In this document: one piece after another, positions 49,774 to 59,056 of the stretch | Layout of the letters: each line of letters opens with the position of its first letter | How positions within the stretch are numbered: position 1 is the first letter of the stretch | Origin: Prasinococcaceae sp. CCMP 1430 | Lineage: Eukaryota > Plantae > Prasinodermophyta | Direction of reading: 5' to 3' | DNA: 64,000 nucleotides | NCBI GenBank assembly: GCA_013416795.1 | Contig: RQSC01000004.1 | Span: forward strand, 208,787 to 272,786 | The notes under the pieces: generated by a model | Told to the model about the DNA's origin: nothing | What the model saw: the letters and a program-made list of their open reading frames with translations, nothing else | The model's database searches: none | Translations under genes and position numbers: made by a program

Positions 49774-51288
49774 TCAGTACTGTCCGTACTCGGCATCAAT
49801 CGCGATCGCAGCGTGTCCGGCGAGCGACTCTTTTGCGTCCGGCCGCGGCAACCTGACGCCCGCCTGAACGCCGAGGGCACTCGCGCCCGCGCCATTGTCG
49901 TCCCCGGGCGGCCGCGTGCGATCCGCGCGCTCGATGGTCGCATCGCCCTGCAAAACCAAAGAGTCCTGGTCGGCGTACTTCAGCGCGCTTGCGATATCGC
50001 CGCGGCGCACCACGTAGCGGAACGCGAGCACATCCCCAATCGCCTGCGCCTGCTCATGCTCCTCTCCAGGAGTGAGGCCCAATGACAGAGCGCGTTGCAC
50101 ATTGGCTGCTCGCGCGGCCTCGTCCTGCACCAAAAACGCCGTGGGAAAGAGCTCAGGATCGCCAAGCACGCCTACCGTGGAATTGTGAGTCCACGGGCCC
50201 GTTGGGAGGACGATGTACACGTCGAGGCAGGACAAGTCGCCGTTGCCAAGTGCATCGGATGGCGAGCTCCAAGCCACCCACTGGCACCCGCGGACGACCA
50301 CCGCTTCGGAGAAGTGCACGAGCACATCTACGCTCTCGCCCAAATCATAAGCGTTCCCCTCCTTCCCCCGTGGTCGCCTCGCGCGTGCCGTGACGCGCGT
50401 GACATACGGCGCACCAACAGTGATGGACGACCGGCGCGCGAGCGCCTGTGGCGAGCCCGGCGCGGGCAGCGTGACATCCGCCGCGGGTCCGTTGGAGCCG
50501 TCGCGCACGTCGGCGGCGAGCAGAGTCGCGCCCTGCAAGCGCAATGCGTCGCGGCCAGCGGTCGCAAGCACTCGCGTGCGCTCATCACCACCACTGTCGC
50601 CCACGATGTAGCGGAAAGCCAGCGTGGAATCCATCGCTTGCTCGCGCCGCGCGTTCCCTCCCACACCTACAAGCCCGGCGGCTGTGCCCGAGTACTCACT
50701 TCCGAAGGCGCACTCCTCCAGGCCAGCAGCTGCAATGGTCGCGTCGAGCGCGCCCCCCGCGCGGCACGGCACAGGCATGCCCGTGAGCAGCGGGCTCGAC
50801 TCGTCGTTCGCCCAGAAGCTCTTGCTCATACCATAGCCCCCCCCGACAAACTCAGCCAGCGAATCGTTCGCATTGAGCTCTGAGTGCGCACCCGTGCGCA
50901 GCGCGATGGCTGGCGCGGGCGTGCCGTTGGGCGTGTGCACGGGCGTGTCGAAGCGGACAAGAAGGTAGACCACGTCGCCTTCCGCCACGATTGCGTCCCG
51001 CGCCCGGCGCACGCCGTCGGCGGTAGCGTGCGCAGCGCTGCCGGTGGTCGCAGCCGTGTTCTGCTCCCACCAGCCTGCTGCATTGCGCGCGTCGGCGATG
51101 GCGTCGACGGCGACCACCCGCGGCGCAAAGCGCAGGTCCGCGTCGCGCTCGGCGGGCCGTGTGGGCGCGTAGATGAGCCGCTGGCCGCCGTGCGCCAGGT
51201 GTGCGTTGGCCGCAGCGAATGCGCGCGCGCCCACACACAGCAGCGCGGCGGTGAGCGCAGCCAGACGCCGCCGCGCCCGCGGTCGCAT
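49774..51288 (-). CDS. Secreted protein with two bacterial-adhesin-type beta-sandwich (Ig-like) repeats
   Basis: Signal peptide RRRLAALTAALLCVGARA; two repeats of G(D/E).V..LV.F...V ... LAFRY.V..GD ... L.LQG.. ... LP.P....L. Confidence 0.65.
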   Translation of the reverse strand: MRPRARRRLAALTAALLCVGARAFAAANAHLAHGGQRLIYAPTRPAERDADLRFAPRVVAVDAIADARNAAGWWEQNTAATTGSAAHATADGVRRARDAIVAEGDVVYLLVRFDTPVHTPNGTPAPAIALRTGAHSELNANDSLAEFVGGGYGMSKSFWANDESSPLLTGMPVPCRAGGALDATIAAAGLEECAFGSEYSGTAAGLVGVGGNARREQAMDSTLAFRYIVGDSGGDERTRVLATAGRDALRLQGATLLAADVRDGSNGPAADVTLPAPGSPQALARRSSITVGAPYVTRVTARARRPRGKEGNAYDLGESVDVLVHFSEAVVVRGCQWVAWSSPSDALGNGDLSCLDVYIVLPTGPWTHNSTVGVLGDPELFPTAFLVQDEAARAANVQRALSLGLTPGEEHEQAQAIGDVLAFRYVVRRGDIASALKYADQDSLVLQGDATIERADRTRPPGDDNGAGASALGVQAGVRLPRPDAKESLAGHAAIAIDAEYGQY

Positions 51289-51507
51289 TGCGCTGCGGCG
51301 CGCCGTGCGCCGTGCGCCACCACTGGTGCGCCCTGGCGCCGCGCCTACGCCCACCGACGAGGCAACGCCTGCTGGAACGTCCGCCAGGTGGCCGCGCCGG
51401 CAGCAGGAGCTTCGAAAGAGCTCAGATTCGAAGCGCCACACCGCGAACAGCACGCTCAGCGCCCCGCACAGCGCTGGCGCTGGCGCGGGCTCAGCGCAGC
51501 GTAGGCA

Positions 51508-52939
51508 ATGGGCTCGGCTCAGTCGACGGCGCGCGAGCGTTCGACGGTGGGAGCGGCGGCGCTCGCCGCGCTCGCGCCCGACGAGCGCGACGCAGTGCTC
51601 GCAGCCGAGGGGCGCGCGCACGCGGCAGCAGTCGGCGGCGGCGGCGCCGGCGACGATGAGGCTGGGGCGGGCGAGCTGCGCGTTCTGCTCGAGCGCGCCG
51701 CCGAAGTCGACCCCGACGCGCTTGTGCTCGCGGTGGCAGCCGCGCTCGCGACTCCCGCGGAGCGCTTCGAGTGGGCGTGGTCACTCACAACGTCGAAGCA
51801 CACTGGAGGTAGCAGCGGCGGCGCGGGGGCGCTCTCGGTGCTACTGCGCGCGGCGGCGCAGCATGCAGTCGGGTACGACGACGATAGCAGGAAAAGCGCT
51901 ACTGCCTTTGCAGAGGCCGTCTTGACGCCGTTGGGCACTGCCGCGCGCGACGAGGCAGCGATGCGCAAAACTTTGATCGACCGTGTGCCCGCTACATTGC
52001 CGAGCGCTGCGGCCGCGGCGCGTTTGGCGCTCGGCGTGCCCATCCCGCGCGGGCTACGTCAGCATGTGCCGCGGCTTGAGCTCGGGCAAGGCGAGGCGAG
52101 CGGCAGTGCGAGGGGCGGCGCGCCGCTCCTGCAACCCGTGCATGCATGGCAGCTTGCGTTTGCAGCCCCAACCGCGGTGCGCACCGCGCGCGCATGGACG
52201 CGCGTGTATTCGTCAAAGGCTGGGGATGGGACATCGCTGACGACACTGGCGAAACGCGCGGAGGCGGGAGCACCCGTGCTCGTTGTTGTGAAGAGCCTCG
52301 GTGGCAAGGTGGTCGCAGGGCTCTCCGCCGAACCCCTGACAAGAGGGGCTGCCTTCAGTGGAAGCGCTGGCGACCTCGTTGCGTCGCTCGCGCCTCATTT
52401 ATCCATTTATCGTGCGACAGGATACGCCAAGGGCAACGGCCACGTGCTTTTCGCCTTGGGCTTGGAGTCGGTGCCGCCCGGACTTGGCTTTGGGGGGCAG
52501 GCGGGTTTCCATGCACTCCACATAGGAGGTGGTGGAGACGTGCTCAGAGCTCACTCGCGCGCGACCGCCGCGTTCGCGAATCCTGTGCTTTTCGAGGAGC
52601 CGGGGGACGACGGTACCGTTGGGCTGGAAGCCGCTGAGGTGTGGGAGTGCGGCGAGCCCAATGACGAATGGCTACGGACAATGTACGTTAGCACAACCTT
52701 TTGCGCAGCTATGTCTCGCACGTGCACGCATGATGTGGTCGCATCCGCTGGAGCTGACTGGAGCTTGCCGTGCGGCGCTGCTTTGTCGGTGCGAAATGCA
52801 CAGGCGCCTCGATGGGCGCCTGCCCGAGGGCGCGCGCGCGCGCGCGCACGGCAAACGTGCCAGCGCGGGCAAGTCCGTGCTGGACGAAGACAGATTCAGA
52901 GAAGAGCGCTTCTTGCTGCGAGCGAGCGGGCGCATGTGA
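51508..52939 (+). CDS. TLDc-domain protein (TLDC1/MEAK7-like), N-myristoylated; intron 52683-52803
   Basis: MGSAQS myristoylation motif; W..VYSS...DG.S, F.G, YRATG..N, GLGFGG, EVW.CG; last exon carries KSVLD. Confidence 0.85.
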
Positions 52940-53052
52940 TGCGCGTTTGCTGTGCACACATCGAAGTACAAGCTATTATTTCACTCCCTAACTAGAAGAA
53001 TTCCATGCAAGTGCGCGCCCCTTTACCACGAGGGGCAGGACGTCTTCCTCGC

Positions 53053-56000
53053 CTACGCGATCGGCGACGGAGAGGACGTCTTTTGAGAGCTGACGCGTTG
53101 CAGCTGCGGCGACATCATCGATGCCCGACTTTTCAGGGGTTGGGACGCGGCGTCCTGGAGAAGTGGCACCAGTGGGCTGTCCTCGCCAGCCCTCACGTCC
53201 GCTAAGGCGAGCTCCTCGAGCTCTTGCACGTGGTCGAAGCTGAAGGAGCTGTCGAGCACCTGCGCTTCTGGGTCGCAAGGCGGCGGTTGGTACGGAGAGA
53301 GCGCGCTCCGGGCCTCGAGCTTGGCCCAGTCGATCATGAAGAAGAACCTGTGCTGCTTGATCTGCGCTGCGCCCTGAGAGCCAGGTAACGGCCTGCGCCC
53401 AGGGTCAGGTTGCATGAGCAGGCGGATGAGCGACGCTGCGGCGGTGCTGATGCCCCTGCGGTTGTAGTTGACGCGCGCCTCGCAAATGGCACGCAATTTG
53501 CGGCCGTCAGCCAGGCGCGAGAACGGCGTGTCGCCCACCAGCAGCTGGTACATGCACACGCCAAGCGCCCACCAGTCGGCGGAGGCCGAGTGACCGGACT
53601 GGCGGAGACATTCCGGTGCCATGTAGTCCGGAGTACCCACGAAGCTGAACGTACGCTCCGTCTTTGCGAGCTTGCGTGCGAAGCCGAAGTCGGCGAGTTT
53701 CGCATAGCCCATCTTGTCCACGAGAATGTTCTCGGGTTTGACGTCTCTGTAGGCATACCCGACCTCATGAATGTGTTCGAGTGCAAGCACGACGCACGCC
53801 ATCATGAAGGCGACGACGCGCTCGGGCACGTGGCCGCCGAAGCGCGACAGCAGGGTGAATAAGTCACCGCCCGTCACGTGGTCGAGGACCAAATAGGCCG
53901 TCTTCGCGTCGGCCTGCGCCGCATGCAGCCTCAGCAGCATTGGATGGCGCAGCGCCATCATGGCGCGCGCCTCACTGAGGACGCGCGGCCAGGCGCGCAC
54001 CCTCTCAACCGCTGCCCGTGGGATGAGCTTCACCGCGAAATACTCCCCGCTCCACTTGTGGCGCGCCAGGCGCACGACGGCGAAGCCGCCCACGCCCAGC
54101 GGACGCAGCACTTCCAGATCGTCCAGCGTGGTGCTGCACCCGCCGCTGGCCGAAGTGGGCACCGCTTCAGAGTCGCCAGCGGCGCGCGCCTGTTCGCTGC
54201 CCACCGACCAGCTGAGGTAGGACTTGAGCGTGCGCAGCGTGCGCAGGGTCGGGTCCATGCGCTCCCCCCCGCCATTCCTGCTAACGATGGCGGCAGCCGC
54301 GGACGCGCGCGCCTCGTTCACGCCCATGGCTAGCGCGCCTCCGATGGGGCCTGTGGCCACCTTGGCAGCGGCTCGCAAGTCGAGTTCCAGGAGCTCGACG
54401 CCGCCGCCACTTTTGCCGGAGGCAGGCTCGCTCACAGCTAGCTTAGGCCGCTGCGCGCGCGCGTGCGCTGCTCCCGTCCACACGAACGCATCGCCTGGCT
54501 GCAGCCTGGTCACCATCGCCTCCCTCACGAGATTGGCCAGCTCCTCCTTGCGCTCTTCGCTCATCTCAGACGCCTCCGCGTCTCCATCACCCTGCCGTTG
54601 CGTGTGAGCGTCGTCAATGACGGCGAAGGAGTCGTACACGTCCTCGCCCCGCGTGGCGATATCCGCGTCGAGCACGCGCAGCCCGGCGCGTTCGAGCGCA
54701 GTGCAGATGACCATAAGGAGCCCATCCCGGTCACGCGTTTTGACGTGCACCGTGGCGGCGTGGCCGCCGCCAGCGATCGATTTCATGCTGCGTTTGGTGT
54801 TCAGTGAGGACACGCTGTCTTCGCAGCCGAGATCGCCGGTGTCGTGCTCGCTGCTGAATTCGCTGAAGGCGTCGTTGCCACTCTCGACCATCACCTCGGC
54901 CTCCTCGGTCACAGAGAGGCACCCATCTGACACAATGTACAGGCGGCTGGGCTCGCTGCCGGAGAGCGCGTCAAGCGCCGCGTTTACGCCCGCGAGTGTG
55001 GGGGCGATGGACACCTCCTTTGTGTGGTGCTCCGCCAGCCAGCAGAGGTCGCCAAAGGTCTCGCCGGACTCGCGCCCCCCGCGCGCCATCCACTTGAAAG
55101 GCGACCGCGCCAGAAGTTCCTGCGCCGCTGTGATGGGCGGCGCCCAGTTCCACCGTAGGCCCGAAGACACAAGCGCCACTTTTTCGTCGCTCGTGCCGCG
55201 CAGCGAGTGCGTGAATGTGTCGTCGCCCGCGTTGTGGTACAGGAGCAGGCGCATCACTGACATGGCGTCCAGCGCCAGGACGACCAAGGTGTCCTCCCCC
55301 GACGCGGTCACCTCCACCTCCGATCGCAGCGTCGGGTATGCCGCCGCGGCACTGACGCCGGGGTTCGCATCCGCGCCGGCGCTGGAATCGGCGCTGGTGC
55401 CGCCAACGAGGGTTGCAGCCGAGGCCGACCTCAGCAGATTCGAGGTGCCTGGGCTGCGCACTCCCGCGGCCCCCGGTGAAGCTCTGGGCGTGCAGCCGCC
55501 GCTCGGGGCACGCGTGCGCCTGCAAGCCTCTCGCGCGGCGCTGGCAGCCCGCGCGAGCGCGTGCTCACCAACCGTGTCGCCCTCGCGCATGCGTGCGAGC
55601 GTGCGGTTGCCGTAGCGAAGCACGGCTTGCCCCTGTATGATGAGGAAGGCGGACGAGAGTGGCGCGCCCTCCACGCAGAGGGACTCGCCAGGTGCAAACT
55701 CCACCGTGCGCGACTCGCGCGCGAGCGTGATCACCGCTGCCTTCCCCAGCCCCTGAAGCAGCGAAGCTTTCTCCAGCGCGCGTTCCGCAGTGGCGTACGT
55801 CTCCTCGTGAGCCTGCCGCGCCGCCTGCCTCAGCGCGACGTGCGGCACCACGAGCACTGAGCATCCGCTCGACCCGACGGTCACGCGGGCCTCTGACGAG
55901 CTCGTGTAGTCTGCGAGCGCGTCATCGCCGAAGACGCCCCCGACGGGAAGCGCCTGCGACGACCCGCCCCTCTCCATGAAGGCCCCGCCATCTGCCACGA

Positions 56001-57870
56001 CGAAGAGCGTGTGCTCGACCTCGCCACGGTCGATCATGATGGTGCCGGGCGAGACGGACGCAAGTAGCACGTGCTTCTCGAGGTGCCGCAGGGCCGTGCG
56101 CACACGCAGCGAGTGTTCGGCGTCGCGCAGCTGCGCGTCGGCCTCGGACGTGGCCATTTTGCTCGGCGCGAGCAGCTGCGTTGAGCGCAGTGCGTCGGAG
56201 AGTAGCCGCGCATGCTCTGCGGAGAGCCGCATCCTCGCTTTGACTTTTGGGGTGCCACCGTCGCCATCGCTGTCGCTGTCGCTGCCGTCGTCAATGCCGC
56301 CCTCACCGTAGAATTCGTGCACCGAGTCCGCTTCGAAGGGCAGCACATACTCCTGGCCGAAGGTGGACAGCGAGGCCCCGTCCACTGCCATCTGCACCTC
56401 TTGCTCATGCCGCCTCCGCTGCGCCTCGCGAACTTCCGTGAGCGGCATGGGCCGCCGCGTGACCCCCGTCACCGCGGCGTGCACCCGCTCGCGAATGGCG
56501 AGCTGCGTCGCCTCGTCGGTGATCTTTTTGTGATCGCGGTCGGTCACGTGGAACTGGTCGCGCGCCAGCCCCCGCGTCGTGGACACCTGTGCTTGCTTCA
56601 CGATCAGCCCGGCCCCCGTCAGCGCGCTGGTCATTATCACCAGCAGACCGCGCTGGTCGGTGACTGTGAGTTGAAGCAGCGACACGCGCGGCAGCGCATC
56701 GTTGTTCCACTTCATCTCAAACACAAATGGGGCCCCCGCTGCGCCCTTCCTGCCGCGGCGGCGGGAGGTGGTGGGCTGCGCGTCATTCGACGCCGCAGCC
56801 TCCCGTCCGACCCTCGACGCGCCCGCGGTGGTCGCGGCGACGGGCTCATCCGTCGAGGTACGCGCGAGCATGCTGTCCTCGCTGTCATGACTGCGGCCAG
56901 GGCCAACGCGCAGCATTGCGACGCCCATAGCCAGCGACGCCTCCGAAGGTGGCGTGAGCATCTGCAGGCCAGACTCGGCGTCGGAGGTGCCATCGCTAGC
57001 ATCCAAGCTGCGGCGACCCTCCGAGGTGTTATCGCTGCTTTCGCCGCCGCTGCGCGTGCCAGATCCTGCGGAGCGCACGTTGTGCCACTCTTGGTGCGCC
57101 TGCTGCGCCGGCTGGGGCCTCTGCGGTCGATGCGTCGCGCGGTGTCCCGCGGCCCTGCCCAGCACCGCGTTGTCCGGCGAGAAGGAAAAGCCCATATTGC
57201 TGCCGCTTCCAGTCGACGACGGTGAGACGCTGCGCATGAGAGCCGACAGACCTCCCATGCGCTGCGGCGCAACCCGCTGCGGGGTTGACGCGGGCACGTT
57301 GGGCGAAGGGGGGGTGGCGCCAGCCCACCCGAGCTCGCGCTGCGAGTGCGTGTCCTGGGAGCCGCCTTGCGCGCCGCGGGCCGGCGGCGACTGACGACTT
57401 GAGCGCGGCCGCGGCGGCACCCCGATGGCGCGGCGCTCTATGCTGCTGGCGAGTTCTCTGCCCCGATCGATGCGCGCCTCGCCCCGCCCTTGTTGCCCGT
57501 GCCGCTGCTGCTCTCGCCGCCCATGCTGCGGCAGGTCTTGCTGCTGCTGCAGCTCTTGCGACTGCCGCTGCTGCTCTTGCTGGGCGGCGTCCCCCACGCG
57601 CACCCTCTGCGCCGTGCGCGCGTCCTCGTGCAGCTTCGCTGCCGGCGTCGCCGGACCCGCCGCGGCGCTCTTGTCGCTGCGGTCGCTGCTGCTGCCGCTG
57701 GCGCTCTTGTCGCTGCGGTCGCTGCTGCTTCCGCTGCCGTTCGCGTCGTCGTCGTGCCCGGGACGCACGGCGGGCGCGTCCTCGCCGCCGTCGAGGCCCC
57801 ACTCGCTGCGCTGCTTCACGAGGCTTTCGCTCGCGCGCACCGCGCGCTCGAGCTCATCGCGCGCCGCGCC
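53053..57870 (-). CDS. AGC (PKG/PKA-like) Ser/Thr kinase with about three degenerate cNMP-binding domains and two ACT domains; first exon upstream unresolved
   Basis: Kinase LGVGGFAVV, AVK, GGDLF, YRDVKPEN, DFGFA, GTPDYMAPE, DWWALG; cNMP folds (PG..LC.EG....AFLIIQG, TVGEHAL; VFGDDAL; LYIVSDG...LQPGDAF); ACT motifs DQRGLL and DRDGLL. A CTAAC...CAG acceptor lies near 57872. Confidence 0.9.
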   Translation of the reverse strand, partial: GAARDELERAVRASESLVKQRSEWGLDGGEDAPAVRPGHDDDANGSGSSSDRSDKSASGSSSDRSDKSAAAGPATPAAKLHEDARTAQRVRVGDAAQQEQQRQSQELQQQQDLPQHGRREQQRHGQQGRGEARIDRGRELASSIERRAIGVPPRPRSSRQSPPARGAQGGSQDTHSQRELGWAGATPPSPNVPASTPQRVAPQRMGGLSALMRSVSPSSTGSGSNMGFSFSPDNAVLGRAAGHRATHRPQRPQPAQQAHQEWHNVRSAGSGTRSGGESSDNTSEGRRSLDASDGTSDAESGLQMLTPPSEASLAMGVAMLRVGPGRSHDSEDSMLARTSTDEPVAATTAGASRVGREAAASNDAQPTTSRRRGRKGAAGAPFVFEMKWNNDALPRVSLLQLTVTDQRGLLVIMTSALTGAGLIVKQAQVSTTRGLARDQFHVTDRDHKKITDEATQLAIRERVHAAVTGVTRRPMPLTEVREAQRRRHEQEVQMAVDGASLSTFGQEYVLPFEADSVHEFYGEGGIDDGSDSDSDGDGGTPKVKARMRLSAEHARLLSDALRSTQLLAPSKMATSEADAQLRDAEHSLRVRTALRHLEKHVLLASVSPGTIMIDRGEVEHTLFVVADGGAFMERGGSSQALPVGGVFGDDALADYTSSSEARVTVGSSGCSVLVVPHVALRQAARQAHEETYATAERALEKASLLQGLGKAAVITLARESRTVEFAPGESLCVEGAPLSSAFLIIQGQAVLRYGNRTLARMREGDTVGEHALARAASAAREACRRTRAPSGGCTPRASPGAAGVRSPGTSNLLRSASAATLVGGTSADSSAGADANPGVSAAAAYPTLRSEVEVTASGEDTLVVLALDAMSVMRLLLYHNAGDDTFTHSLRGTSDEKVALVSSGLRWNWAPPITAAQELLARSPFKWMARGGRESGETFGDLCWLAEHHTKEVSIAPTLAGVNAALDALSGSEPSRLYIVSDGCLSVTEEAEVMVESGNDAFSEFSSEHDTGDLGCEDSVSSLNTKRSMKSIAGGGHAATVHVKTRDRDGLLMVICTALERAGLRVLDADIATRGEDVYDSFAVIDDAHTQRQGDGDAEASEMSEERKEELANLVREAMVTRLQPGDAFVWTGAAHARAQRPKLAVSEPASGKSGGGVELLELDLRAAAKVATGPIGGALAMGVNEARASAAAAIVSRNGGGERMDPTLRTLRTLKSYLSWSVGSEQARAAGDSEAVPTSASGGCSTTLDDLEVLRPLGVGGFAVVRLARHKWSGEYFAVKLIPRAAVERVRAWPRVLSEARAMMALRHPMLLRLHAAQADAKTAYLVLDHVTGGDLFTLLSRFGGHVPERVVAFMMACVVLALEHIHEVGYAYRDVKPENILVDKMGYAKLADFGFARKLAKTERTFSFVGTPDYMAPECLRQSGHSASADWWALGVCMYQLLVGDTPFSRLADGRKLRAICEARVNYNRRGISTAAASLIRLLMQPDPGRRPLPGSQGAAQIKQHRFFFMIDWAKLEARSALSPYQPPPCDPEAQVLDSSFSFDHVQELEELALADVRAGEDSPLVPLLQDAASQPLKSRASMMSPQLQRVSSQKTSSPSPIA

Positions 57871-59056
57871 CCTGCTATGTTAGATATTTTCATGCAGTCA
57901 CACACCCGCCGNTCCCCCCCTCACTCCCACCACCACCACGCCCACGTCAGCGACAGACGCGGCGCCCTAAAATGCGCGCGTACCAATACATATCAAAGCG
58001 CGTGCGGGCGCCACACGGCGCGCGAAGCGCGTGCGGCGCCCTGTGGCCAAGCGCTGCCCCCTCCCCCCCTCCACCCCCGCGGCCACACACGCGCGCGCAC
58101 CCGACCGCGCCGCGCAGCGCAGGGAGGCCGCGCAAAAGACCCCGAACGCGCGCGCGCGCGCCCCGCTCGCTCGCTCGGAACGCATCGCGTCGCATAGTAG
58201 GGCTCCTTCATGCACATACGGCGTCGCGCGCGGGCCCCGCGCGGGCGAGCCCGGCGGAGCGCACTTTTCCGGCTCTGGGGGGGCCGCCGCATCGAAAAGA
58301 TCTTTTTGCGGTGTCGCCGCGGCGGCGTCCCGGGAGGGGTGCGGCGCATCGCGCGCGATTGGGGGTGCGGAGCGGGAGCGCGAGCGCGGCGCGCGCGGGT
58401 GGGGGGTGCGTCAACCCCAACGCCAACGTGACAGTAGTTTGTCAAGGACCATCGATGGTACAAACAAAACAAGGACACGATCCATGCGCGAGAACTACAA
58501 AAACGAAACCCTACGGGACACTGCTTGCTTGTTCTACGGTGGGGTGATGGGCGTGCCGTGCTTGATGGAGAGGTGGCTCATGTGCCTGGCTGGTGGGTGT
58601 GGCGCGCGCACGTGCGGGTGTGTGGAGCCGGTTGGCTCCTCGGGTGCGCGCGGGGGTGTGGCGCTGAGGAGCCCGCGTGCGAGGCTCTGCCGAGACGCAC
58701 ACGCACGGGGATGTGCGTGCGCGCCGACCGACCGAGCGGTCCGAGCGCCGGCCGACGACGCCGGCCGGGCGCCTGGCCGAGCCTGCGCAACGCGCGGGGT
58801 TCGCAACGGGAGTTGAGGTTTTAGGGTTTACTTTACGCCGCACATCGCATGTCTACAATCCGTCGGGCGTGGACACGAGCAGACCATGCGGTGAAGAGTA
58901 CCGTACGAAGTCCTTTTCGCTGTCGGTGCTTGCGAGTTCCGTACCGGTCACCTGCGAGCGGTGAGGCGCAGGCCGCCACACCCGCGAGCAGAGGCGCAGC
59001 GTCGAGGCGGCGCGCCCCTCCCCCCCACGCACGAGCGGATCCCCTCGGGCGCAGCG

